A stretch of 64,000 nucleotides of DNA, from NCBI GenBank assembly GCA_002314915.1, contig DCHU01000082.1:3896-67895 (forward strand). The letters run 5' to 3'. Below, one piece after another: positions 36,128 to 45,385 of this stretch (position 1 is the stretch's first letter; the number at the start of each line of letters is the position of its first letter). The DNA is from Bacillales bacterium UBA1744. Its GTDB lineage: Bacteria > Bacillota_I > Bacilli_A > RFN20 > CAG-826. The notes under the pieces are model-generated. The model searched no databases and was not told the DNA's origin. It saw nothing but the letters and a program-made list of their open reading frames with translations. The position numbers and the translations under genes are program-made.

Positions 36128-39016
36128 ATGCTTGAATTAAAGTCTATAGTCAAAAACTATGAAATAGAGGGGGAAGTATACCCTGCGTTGGCGGGTATAG
36201 ACCTTGCCTTTGCTGACAAAGGCATAGTCGCGATACTCGGACCTTCCGGATGTGGTAAAACCACCCTTTTAAACATAATCGGCGGACTTGATCACTACAC
36301 CTCTGGAGACGTCATCATCGATGGCAAATCCACCACAAACTTTAAAGAAAAAGACTGGGATGCATTCCGCAACGAAAGAGTGGGGTTCGTTTTCCAGAAC
36401 TATAACCTAATTCCACACAAGAACATTCTCGCAAATGTTGCGATATCTTTAACTTTGTCAGGCATTTCGCCATCTGAAGCCAAAGAGCGTTCGCTTGCAG
36501 CACTTCATTCCGTTGGCCTTGATGGTTTGGAAAAGAAGAGACCGAACCAGTTGTCCGGCGGCCAGATGCAAAGGGTTGCCCTAGCAAGAGCAATTGTAAA
36601 TAACCCAAGCATCATTCTCGCTGATGAACCTACCGGCGCACTTGACTCAAACACATCTATCCAGGTCATGGACCTTTTCAAGAACATTGCAAGCGATAGG
36701 CTTGTTATCTTGGTTACACACAACAAAGAATTGGCTGAAGCATATGCTGACCGAATCATTCAAATGAAAGACGGAGTCATCATCGCAGATTCAAATCCAA
36801 TCCAGGCTAACCACGCTGTTACTGGTGTAGAGAAGAACAAGAAAACATCCATGAGCTTAGGAACTGCCATCGCCTCATCGTGGTCAAACATCAAAACAAA
36901 GAAAGGCCGCACAATCTTAACCGCCGTTGCCTCTAGTTTTGGCGTTGTTGGTGTCGCTTTGGTTCTCGCCGTTTCAAACGGATTCTCAGGCTTTGTTTCA
37001 AGAGTTGAGAAATCCTTGGCATCAACGGCCCCAATCTCAATTTCGAAAACACAATACAGTTACTTTGATAACAGCACAAAGATAAACGAGGTGGAGTTCC
37101 CTGATACGGACAAGCTCTACCCATTAGACACATCAAGCGACTCTTATGTCAGCCACACAAATCACTTCACACAGGAATATGTATCTAAAGTTTTAGATCC
37201 GCTCGTTGAAGAGGGTTTAGCAAGCAATGTAATGATTAACAGAAGCGGCCTTTTGTTCAACGTCTTAACTGAAAAGGGTATACATCCAGGAAGCGGAGAG
37301 TATAAAGAAATAAACCAATATTCCGGCGCTGGATCGTATGGCGGAGGCATCGCATCGGTCACCGGACTCCCTGCAACAATCTTCCATGAACTTTATATGC
37401 CAGAGGCTCCGATGAGGGAAACGTACGACTTAATCTACGGAAAATACCCACAAAACCCAGATGAGATTGTTTTAATCACGGATAGTTACAACCAAATCGA
37501 ACTCAACGTTTTAAACAAACTCGGCTTCTATAGCTCAACAGACGACACCAAGAAACCGATCGATTTTGCTGATATCATCACAACCGATTCACATGAAGGA
37601 AAAACCTATAAAGCGTATCCAAACTCCACACTATATAAAGACATCGGATCGAAACAGCCTTACGCAGAATATGACTTATACCCTGAATACAAGGACGGAA
37701 CATTCCAGTTCTCTGGAACGAAGAAATACAGAGAAATGTCCATCTTCAACAGAGAATACAGCGACAGTGAAGGTCTGAAAAACATATATCAAAACGACGA
37801 CAAGTACGATGAGGTCAAACTCAAAATCGTCGGCGTTTTAAGACCGGCAAAAAACAGCTACCTTTCCTTAATGCCTGGATCAATCGGGTATCTCGAATCA
37901 CTAAAAGATATGTTCGTGGACGATTCCGAGAAAAACTGTTCAGCAATACACAAAGCCGCAACCGAGGCTTTCTACGTTCCTCTCATAAACTACGACGGAG
38001 AGGACGGCTTTGAAGCCGCCAACAAGGTGTTCAACGATATTTATCAGCAAATAGATTCTGCCACACCAGAAGAATATGCCGAGATATTGAGTGGTTCACT
38101 GGTTTCCAAGATTGCTTCAGTCTTTGACTTCAGATATTTCTTCTTGTACGGAGACCAGAATCCTGCGGATGCCGATTACTCAGGAAGCGGAACTGGTTAT
38201 CTTTATTATTCCGGATTATTTACTCTCGCTAAGAGGGTTGGAGCGGACTTCCATGAAGATCAAGTCGCCAACATGATTGAAGATCTCCTTTATGGAAAAA
38301 AGAAGGAGCAGGAAAGCGCGAAAGACGCATTACTAAACAAACTGCTCAACCCTGATTTCTATAAAGCCGGATGGGAAAACGACGGCTCAGCATACGACTT
38401 CAATGTCCTTGACCTTATCGCATATTACGAGTCATTCTCGCTAATCGACTCGGTTCTTATCTTCCCTTCAAGCCTTACCGTTAAGGATCAGATTTTCGCT
38501 AGACTCGATGCCTATAACAATGCGCAGGCCGATAAGACAACCAAGGTTTATTACTCGGATGTTATGTCTACAGTAACCGACACCGTTGGCACTGTTGTTA
38601 ACGCTTTGACCGGTGTTTTGGTTGTTTTTGCAGGCATTTCTCTCGTTGTTAGCTGCATTATGACCGCAATTATCACTTATGTTTCCGTTATAGAGAGAAC
38701 AAAAGAAATCGGCGTTTTGAGAGCGTGCGGTGCTAGAAAACGCGATGTTGGAAGGTTGTTTAGATCTGAATGTATGATGGTCGGACTTGCTTCCGGAATC
38801 ATAGGAATTGCCGTCTCGTATCTTTTGTCATGGCCAATTAATGTGATCATTAATCGCCTATATCCAACTTACAAAATTGGCGCAATCGCATCATTGAACC
38901 CGTTAGTTGCAATCGCGTTGGTTGCTTTATCGATAATCCTTGCGTTGGTAAGCGGAATTGTTCCTGCTGCCATCGCTGCAAAGAAAGACCCTGTCGTGGC
39001 ATTGAGGAGTGAGTAA
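36128..39016 (+). CDS. MacB-type fused ABC transporter (N-terminal ATPase, FtsX-family permease) with a ~545-aa extracytoplasmic domain
   Basis: 962 aa. Walker A GPSGCGKTT, LSGGQMQR, Walker B ILADEPTG. TM1 around residue 265, then a long soluble region, then three C-terminal TMs with FtsX-domain character (ERTKEIGVLRACGARKRDV). Confidence 0.85.
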   Translation: MLELKSIVKNYEIEGEVYPALAGIDLAFADKGIVAILGPSGCGKTTLLNIIGGLDHYTSGDVIIDGKSTTNFKEKDWDAFRNERVGFVFQNYNLIPHKNILANVAISLTLSGISPSEAKERSLAALHSVGLDGLEKKRPNQLSGGQMQRVALARAIVNNPSIILADEPTGALDSNTSIQVMDLFKNIASDRLVILVTHNKELAEAYADRIIQMKDGVIIADSNPIQANHAVTGVEKNKKTSMSLGTAIASSWSNIKTKKGRTILTAVASSFGVVGVALVLAVSNGFSGFVSRVEKSLASTAPISISKTQYSYFDNSTKINEVEFPDTDKLYPLDTSSDSYVSHTNHFTQEYVSKVLDPLVEEGLASNVMINRSGLLFNVLTEKGIHPGSGEYKEINQYSGAGSYGGGIASVTGLPATIFHELYMPEAPMRETYDLIYGKYPQNPDEIVLITDSYNQIELNVLNKLGFYSSTDDTKKPIDFADIITTDSHEGKTYKAYPNSTLYKDIGSKQPYAEYDLYPEYKDGTFQFSGTKKYREMSIFNREYSDSEGLKNIYQNDDKYDEVKLKIVGVLRPAKNSYLSLMPGSIGYLESLKDMFVDDSEKNCSAIHKAATEAFYVPLINYDGEDGFEAANKVFNDIYQQIDSATPEEYAEILSGSLVSKIASVFDFRYFFLYGDQNPADADYSGSGTGYLYYSGLFTLAKRVGADFHEDQVANMIEDLLYGKKKEQESAKDALLNKLLNPDFYKAGWENDGSAYDFNVLDLIAYYESFSLIDSVLIFPSSLTVKDQIFARLDAYNNAQADKTTKVYYSDVMSTVTDTVGTVVNALTGVLVVFAGISLVVSCIMTAIITYVSVIERTKEIGVLRACGARKRDVGRLFRSECMMVGLASGIIGIAVSYLLSWPINVIINRLYPTYKIGAIASLNPLVAIALVALSIILALVSGIVPAAIAAKKDPVVALRSE

Positions 39017-41499
39017 TGGCATCGAACAAGGTTGAGCTTTTGAAACAGAAAATTGCCGAGGCCGAGGTCTATGAGACCGATTTTTTGGTCGGCCTTAATG
39101 ATGAGCAAGTTCAATCTAGAATCGATGATGGGTTGGTCAACAAAAACAAAAAGACCGTCACCAAAACCACATGGCAAATACTCAAAGACAACGTTTTCAC
39201 GTTCTTCAACATCATATTCTTCTGTATATGCATAATGCTTTTGATTGCCCGTGCAAACCCCAAAGATTTCTTCTTCATTCTTCCTATCACCGGAAATATC
39301 GTCCTTGGACTCGCCGCGGATTTTAGAGCAAGAGCCTTAGTCAATAAACTGAGCCTCGTTACAAATCCAAGACAATCGGTTATGCGTAACGAAAAGGAAC
39401 TCATGTTGGCCTCTGATGAATTGGTTCTAAGCGACATAATCGTTTTAAGGGCGGGCGATCAAGTCTGCGCTGATGCGGTTATCGTTGGAGGCAAAGCCTC
39501 ATTTAACGAATCATCGATTACGGGTGAATCCGACTCAATCTCAAAAGAAGTCGGAGACGAAGTCCTTTCAGGCACTTATGTCGTCTCTGGCATCGTATAC
39601 GCGCGCGTCACAAAAATAGGCGCGGCCTCATACATTGAAGGCGTTACTGCGGCCGCAAAGAACTTCTCCAGACCACAATCGGAAATCAAAAAATCATGCT
39701 TATACGTTTTCCGCTTAACCGGAACTATCGCAATCGTCTTTGCTATAGCAATGACTCTCATATGGTTATTCAAGAGCGAAATCTCTTATGAATCATATTC
39801 GGAACATGCTGTTAGTTTCGCCGGATCCCTTGTTGCAATGATTCCTGCCGGTTTATATTTGCTTTCCTCCATCACTTTGGGTGTCGGCGTCATCAACCTC
39901 GGAAGAAAACAGGTTAACGTTCAGGAGTTGTTCTGCATCGAAACATTGGCTAGAGCGGACGTCATCTGCTTTGATAAGACCGGCACTCTCACAGACGGAA
40001 CACTCACAATTAAAGATCTCTACAACCACTCAGACATGAGCGATGACGACATAAAGATGAATATGGCGTCTCTCGTCGCCTCGACAATGGACACAAACGG
40101 AACCGCTGCCGCAATAGCTAAATCATTCGGCAAAGGAAAGAAGAAAGCGGTCGCCGTTATTCCTTTCGATTCCGCGTATAAGTATTCGGCCGCAACATTC
40201 GAAGACGGCGAGACATATGTTCTTGGCGCATATGGTTTTGTCGATGCAAAGCCAACGCCGGAAATCGACAAGATGATTAAGAAAATGGCCGCTGCAGGAG
40301 ATAGAGCTGTGTGTTTCTATCGCTGCCAAAAACCTCTCAAAAACGATAAATTACAAGCAAAATGCGAACTTATTGCGGTTTTGGATATCGCTGACCACAT
40401 CAAAGAAGACGCCAGCGACAACATCAATTGGTTCATCTCAAACGGCGTTGATGTAAAGGTCATCAGTGGTGACGATCCAATCACCGTCGCAAAGATTGCA
40501 AATCAGGTCGGTGTTCCTAATGCCGCCAACTACATTTCAATGGATGGCGTCGCTCTAGAAGATATTCCGGAACTTGTTAATAATCACTCTGTCTTTGGCC
40601 GTGTTAGCCCAACCCAGAAAGAAGCGATTGTTTCCGCTCTTCAGGCCCAGGGTCATAAAGTCGCAATGACCGGTGATGGTGTTAATGACATCCTCGCTCT
40701 CAAGAAAGCCGACTGTTCAATCTGTATGGCTTCAGGATCATCTGCAGCTAGAAACTCCGCTCACATGATCGTTATGGATAACACATTCTCACACTTACCT
40801 GACGTTGTTGCGGAAGGAAGGCGTGTCGTTAATAACCTCCAGAGAACGTCTTCTTTGTTCCTGTCTAAAACTGTATTCGCCATTGTTCTCAGTTTGGTCT
40901 TCATGATTACAAGCATCTGTGGAGGCCCGTCATATCCATTCTCAACATCCAACATGATTCTTTGGGAATCAATAACAATCGGATGCGGAGGATTCTTGCT
41001 TGCACTAGAGCCGTCAAAAGAACCAATTACAGGAACGTTCTTGGGCAACGTCTTAAAGACTGCGTTGGTTTCTGGAACAGTCCAGACTTTGTCTGTTCTT
41101 GTCATTTACCTCTCTTACCTCATTGCGCCTGATTTCTATATGGGTTCAAGAACCGTTGTTTCCACGTGTGCAGTTTATGCGTTCTCATTCTTGTCGTATT
41201 TGACCTTGTTCAAGAACTGTTTGAAGCTGAACAAATACAGAACAACCGTCTTCGTCGTTTTGGCCGTAGTCGGAATTGCGTTTGTCACCCTCGACTACTA
41301 CTTCTTCGGATTCTTATCTAACTTGGTCCGAGGGCCAGGAGGTCGAGCCGGCGGTTCCGAGTACCTAAGTATCTATCATTGGATTGTGATAATTTCCGAC
41401 ATTGCAGTTATGTCGATTATATATATCTTGGTCAGCATGTATGTTGATCGAGCCTACATAAACAGATTTAAGAAAGAGGATTCAAAAAATGAAGGTTAA
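39016..41499 (+). CDS. P-type (E1-E2) cation-transporting ATPase
   Basis: 827 aa. TGES, phosphorylation motif DKTGTLT, hinge MTGDGVNDILALKKAD. Its start shares 1 nt with the preceding TAA stop. Confidence 0.9.
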   Translation: MASNKVELLKQKIAEAEVYETDFLVGLNDEQVQSRIDDGLVNKNKKTVTKTTWQILKDNVFTFFNIIFFCICIMLLIARANPKDFFFILPITGNIVLGLAADFRARALVNKLSLVTNPRQSVMRNEKELMLASDELVLSDIIVLRAGDQVCADAVIVGGKASFNESSITGESDSISKEVGDEVLSGTYVVSGIVYARVTKIGAASYIEGVTAAAKNFSRPQSEIKKSCLYVFRLTGTIAIVFAIAMTLIWLFKSEISYESYSEHAVSFAGSLVAMIPAGLYLLSSITLGVGVINLGRKQVNVQELFCIETLARADVICFDKTGTLTDGTLTIKDLYNHSDMSDDDIKMNMASLVASTMDTNGTAAAIAKSFGKGKKKAVAVIPFDSAYKYSAATFEDGETYVLGAYGFVDAKPTPEIDKMIKKMAAAGDRAVCFYRCQKPLKNDKLQAKCELIAVLDIADHIKEDASDNINWFISNGVDVKVISGDDPITVAKIANQVGVPNAANYISMDGVALEDIPELVNNHSVFGRVSPTQKEAIVSALQAQGHKVAMTGDGVNDILALKKADCSICMASGSSAARNSAHMIVMDNTFSHLPDVVAEGRRVVNNLQRTSSLFLSKTVFAIVLSLVFMITSICGGPSYPFSTSNMILWESITIGCGGFLLALEPSKEPITGTFLGNVLKTALVSGTVQTLSVLVIYLSYLIAPDFYMGSRTVVSTCAVYAFSFLSYLTLFKNCLKLNKYRTTVFVVLAVVGIAFVTLDYYFFGFLSNLVRGPGGRAGGSEYLSIYHWIVIISDIAVMSIIYILVSMYVDRAYINRFKKEDSKNEG

Positions 41500-42403
41500 C
41501 CATGAAGTAGAATTAGCCCTTAAAGAGGGTAGACCGGTTGTTGCTTTAGAGAGCACAATCATTTCTCACGGCATGCCTTACCCAAGAAACGTCGAGACCG
41601 CTTTGATGGTTGAAAAGGCCATTAGAGACAACGGCGCAATTCCTGCGACCATGGGCATTATCGATGGCGAAATAATCATCGGTATGAATCCAGAAGAAAT
41701 TGAGGAATTCGGCAAAAAGAAGGGAATTGGCAAGATTTCCAAAAGAGATTTACCAATTTGTGTGGCCACAGAATCATGGGGCGCAACAACCGTCTCCGCC
41801 ACAATCCTTTGTGCAAAAATGGCTGGAATTGAAGTATTTGTAACCGGTGGAATCGGTGGTGTTCACCGCGGCGCTGAGACAACATGGGACGTCTCGAGAG
41901 ACTTATATGAACTCGGTGCGGAGCCTGTAACCGTTATCTGCGCTGGCGCAAAAGCTATCTTGGACATCGACAAGACTTTAGAGGTTTTAGAGACACAGGG
42001 CGTTTCCGTCATGTCATACAAGGAACCATCATTTGCCAATTTCTATTGCCGCAGCAGCGGAAAGCCTGTTGATTACGTCTTCAACACACCACTTGAAGCC
42101 GCAAAAGTCATTAAGGCAAAGAGAGACCTTGGGTTATCTGGAGGCATCTTGATTTCCAACCCATGCCCAGAAGAGTTCGCTTTGGCTCATGAATACGTCG
42201 ATAGCATCATCGACCAAGCTGTTAAAGAATCAGAAGAACAGGGAATCTGCGGAAAGGATTCAACCCCATTCTTGCTTAAGAGAATCGTTGAATTAACCGG
42301 AGGAGACTCCCTTGATACAAACATCAAACTGGTAATCAACAACGCAGTATTGGGTGCGAAAATCGCCTCCGAATACGCAGAGTTGAGAAGGAAGGAGAAA
42401 TAA
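41489..42403 (+). CDS. psuG: Pseudouridine-5'-phosphate glycosidase
   Basis: 304 aa. ALESTIISHGMPYP, VFVTGGIGGVHRG, ICAGAKAILD (IndA/PsuG family). Overlaps the ATPase gene by 11 nt. Confidence 0.9.
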   Translation: MKVNHEVELALKEGRPVVALESTIISHGMPYPRNVETALMVEKAIRDNGAIPATMGIIDGEIIIGMNPEEIEEFGKKKGIGKISKRDLPICVATESWGATTVSATILCAKMAGIEVFVTGGIGGVHRGAETTWDVSRDLYELGAEPVTVICAGAKAILDIDKTLEVLETQGVSVMSYKEPSFANFYCRSSGKPVDYVFNTPLEAAKVIKAKRDLGLSGGILISNPCPEEFALAHEYVDSIIDQAVKESEEQGICGKDSTPFLLKRIVELTGGDSLDTNIKLVINNAVLGAKIASEYAELRRKEK

Positions 42404-42960
42404 TGACAACTGAAGCTAGATTAAAATACGCTCTAAAAGAGATGATGTTGACCAAATCACTTAACGAAGTCAACGTCACAAGCTTATGCGAAAGATGCGG
42501 ATGCCATAGACAGACCTTCTATTACCACTATCAGGATATTTATGATCTTTTAGCGGCGATCTTCCTTAATGAGAAGATTCCTGGACTCAACGATGCGGAT
42601 GACATCAAGGATTGTTTGATGGCCCTCATTGGATACGCAAAAGAGAACTATGATTTCTTGCGATCAAGCTATAACTCAGCAGCCCACGATCTTGTTGAGA
42701 ACTTTTTCTACAGCAAAACCATGTCAAAAGCCTTCGTTATCCTTGTTTCCTCAAACAAATACGGATTAACCAAGGACCAATATAGAACCGTTGCCAGACG
42801 CTTTGCTCGTTTCGTTGGAGATGAGCTCGCATATTCATTTAAAGATATGAGAATGACCCCTCTTAGATTTGAGAAGAACACAAAGAGATTCTCAAGCTGT
42901 GCGGTTTTGACTGTTTTACCTGGACTCGTCGAACTCTCAAAAGAGGAGAAGAGAAAGTAA
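42403..42960 (+). CDS. TetR-like regulator (DhaS-like subgroup)
   Basis: 185 aa. N-terminal HTH-like LNEVNVTSLCERCGCHRQTFYYHYQDIYDLL. Shares 1 nt with the psuG stop. Confidence 0.65.
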   Translation: MTTEARLKYALKEMMLTKSLNEVNVTSLCERCGCHRQTFYYHYQDIYDLLAAIFLNEKIPGLNDADDIKDCLMALIGYAKENYDFLRSSYNSAAHDLVENFFYSKTMSKAFVILVSSNKYGLTKDQYRTVARRFARFVGDELAYSFKDMRMTPLRFEKNTKRFSSCAVLTVLPGLVELSKEEKRK

Positions 42961-42961
42961 T

Positions 42962-44134
42962 ATGGAAAACTTTGAATTCTATAGTCCAACAAAAATCTTT
43001 TTCGGAAAGGCCAGGGAAAATGAGGTTGCCGATATTGTCAAATCCTATGGATTTAGCAAAGTCGCCATCATCTACGGAGGCAGAACCGTTATAAAAAATG
43101 GCCTTTTAGCCCTTGTGGAGGCCAAATTCATTAATGAAGGAATCTCCTTCATTGAATATGGCGGAATTACCCCAAACCCAGAACTCAGATTTGTTAAAGA
43201 GGGCATTGAGGTTTGCAGATCCTTTGAACCTGATTTGCTTCTCGCTATGGGTGGAGGATCCGTCATCGATGTCGCGAAAGCAATATCTGTCGGTTACTTT
43301 TACGAAGGCGACCCATTTGACATCAATCTTGGGTTGGTCGAACCAAAGAAGGCCCTCCCTATTGGCACGATTATCACAATCTCTGCCGCAGGAAGCGAAC
43401 TATCGAACTCATGCGTTATCACTAACCCAGAGACGAAGATTAAGAAGGGATTCAACAAAGATATAGTCCGTCCTTTGTTTGCAATCGAGAATCCTGAGCT
43501 TACATACTCTCTCCCTACATACCAGACCGCGGCGGGAATTGTTGATATGCTCATGCACACGATGGAGAGATATTTTGGTCCATCAGATAACAACCAGTTG
43601 GCAGACGATTGGGCTTTAGATTTATGCAAAAACGTTATAAATGCTGGCAAAATCGCCATGAATCAGCCAAATAACTATGATGCAAGAGCACAACTGATGA
43701 TTGCATCGAGCTTTGCCCACAACGGAATAACTGGATTCGGAAAGAACAGCCGTTTTGTCGTTCATCCGCTTGAACACGCTGTATCCGGATATGCCCCAGA
43801 AGTCACGCACGGTGCCGGAATTGGTGTATGTTATTTGGGTTGGGCGAGGTATGTTTATAAGCAGGATTTACCAAAATTCGCTAAATTCGCACGTACATTA
43901 TTTAATGTAATTGTGGAAGATGACGAAGAAGCGTCTATAATGGGTATCGTTGCGATGGAAGAGTTTTACAAATCCATCGGAATGCCAACCACTCTTAGAG
44001 AGTTTGGCCTAACTGAAAACGACCTCCCAGAATTGGTAGCCCTAGCAAGCGGAAACGGAACACGTGCGATTGGCCTTTACCCGCAATCGCTAAGCGCCAA
44101 AGACATTGAGGCTATTTATCGCCTTTGTCTTTAA
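42962..44134 (+). CDS. Iron-containing (group III) alcohol dehydrogenase, butanol-dehydrogenase-like
   Basis: 390 aa. GGGSVIDVAKA, metal-binding His residues in HPLEHAVSG...THGAG. Confidence 0.9.
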   Translation: MENFEFYSPTKIFFGKARENEVADIVKSYGFSKVAIIYGGRTVIKNGLLALVEAKFINEGISFIEYGGITPNPELRFVKEGIEVCRSFEPDLLLAMGGGSVIDVAKAISVGYFYEGDPFDINLGLVEPKKALPIGTIITISAAGSELSNSCVITNPETKIKKGFNKDIVRPLFAIENPELTYSLPTYQTAAGIVDMLMHTMERYFGPSDNNQLADDWALDLCKNVINAGKIAMNQPNNYDARAQLMIASSFAHNGITGFGKNSRFVVHPLEHAVSGYAPEVTHGAGIGVCYLGWARYVYKQDLPKFAKFARTLFNVIVEDDEEASIMGIVAMEEFYKSIGMPTTLREFGLTENDLPELVALASGNGTRAIGLYPQSLSAKDIEAIYRLCL

Positions 44135-44152
44135 ATTGAGGAGGATTTTATT

Positions 44153-45349
44153 ATGAAGAAAAACGACTTATATTCCTTATTTGTATATGTAATCATGCTG
44201 GCTATCGCCGTGGTTACGGGCTTGGTTTTCGTTAGACCAACGTTCGCGGCAGCTTCAACAGCCATTCCTTTAGGAAATGGATTCGTATTCATTCTTTTGA
44301 GCGTTCTCGCTTCTATTTTATTGAACGCTGTCATCATTGAACTTGGACACCTTGTCGGTGCTAAGGTCGGGGGATATGAAGTGTATTCCACATGCGCACT
44401 CTGGTTCACGCTCAGAAAAAGGAAAAAAGAAGGCAAAATGAAGTTCAAAATCGGCGGATTCGACGGATTGACCGGTGAAACCAAGGTTACACCAAAGAGC
44501 GTTGAGAAATCCAACCCTAAAGCCATGATCTATTTCCCTCTCCTTTTCTTGTTCGTTGAGGTTATTGTTTTGGTTGCGATCATCATCTCCGGACAGGTAT
44601 TTAGCAGCCCTGAAAACTCATGGGTCTGGTGGAAGACATTCGCTATCGTGTTCCTTTCAGCCGCATTCATGATCCACATCTACAATATCTTCCCTGCGCA
44701 GCTTGATAACAAGAACGATGGTTATTTGTTCTCAATCCTCACAAACCAAACAAACAAAGAAGCATATAATAATATGCTTTTATCAGAATACGAACTTGCT
44801 ATGGGCGGAGAGGCAATCGACACCCCTGTTTATGACAAAGTCACAGACTTCACATCCAGAATCAACGACATCACCCTTTATAAAGACTTTGATAAAGGCG
44901 ATTACGAAGACGCTTTAGCAATAGTTGAAAAGACGCTCGCGTGCGAGAAAGACGTGTCTGAGCGTGTCTATAACACCGCTGTAGCCCACAAGATCGCTAC
45001 ACTCATGATGTTAAATAGAGACGAAGAAGCCAAGAAATACTATATTTCACAGCCTTTAATGGTTAAGAAATTCCTCTCTGAGGTTGGTAATGGACCAGCA
45101 TTAAGAGCCTATATTCTCATCAGCTCAAACGTTGATGAATCATACGGAGAGACAAAAGAGGCTCTTGCTTGCTCCGAATCAATGGTCAGAAAGACCGTTG
45201 CTAATAAACGCAAAACAGAGGAACTTCTCTTCGATAAGACGTTCGATATGGTTAGAGCGAAACATCCTGATTGGGACTTGAAAGAGTTCATGGAAGAGGA
45301 TGAAATCGAGAAAGACAACGACGAAGAAAATGAAAAAGAGGATGATTAA
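44153..45349 (+). CDS. Membrane protein with a degenerate M50/site-2-protease-like core, helical-repeat C-terminal domain and acidic tail
   Basis: 398 aa. IELGH stands where S2P has HExxH, with a downstream NIFPAQLDNKNDG resembling NxxPxxxLDG. C-terminal about 200 aa is helical (TPR-like), ending in a D/E-rich tail. Confidence 0.5.
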   Translation: MKKNDLYSLFVYVIMLAIAVVTGLVFVRPTFAAASTAIPLGNGFVFILLSVLASILLNAVIIELGHLVGAKVGGYEVYSTCALWFTLRKRKKEGKMKFKIGGFDGLTGETKVTPKSVEKSNPKAMIYFPLLFLFVEVIVLVAIIISGQVFSSPENSWVWWKTFAIVFLSAAFMIHIYNIFPAQLDNKNDGYLFSILTNQTNKEAYNNMLLSEYELAMGGEAIDTPVYDKVTDFTSRINDITLYKDFDKGDYEDALAIVEKTLACEKDVSERVYNTAVAHKIATLMMLNRDEEAKKYYISQPLMVKKFLSEVGNGPALRAYILISSNVDESYGETKEALACSESMVRKTVANKRKTEELLFDKTFDMVRAKHPDWDLKEFMEEDEIEKDNDEENEKEDD

Positions 45350-45385
45350 TTCACCCTCTTTTCTTTTGAATAAATTGACAAGTTT

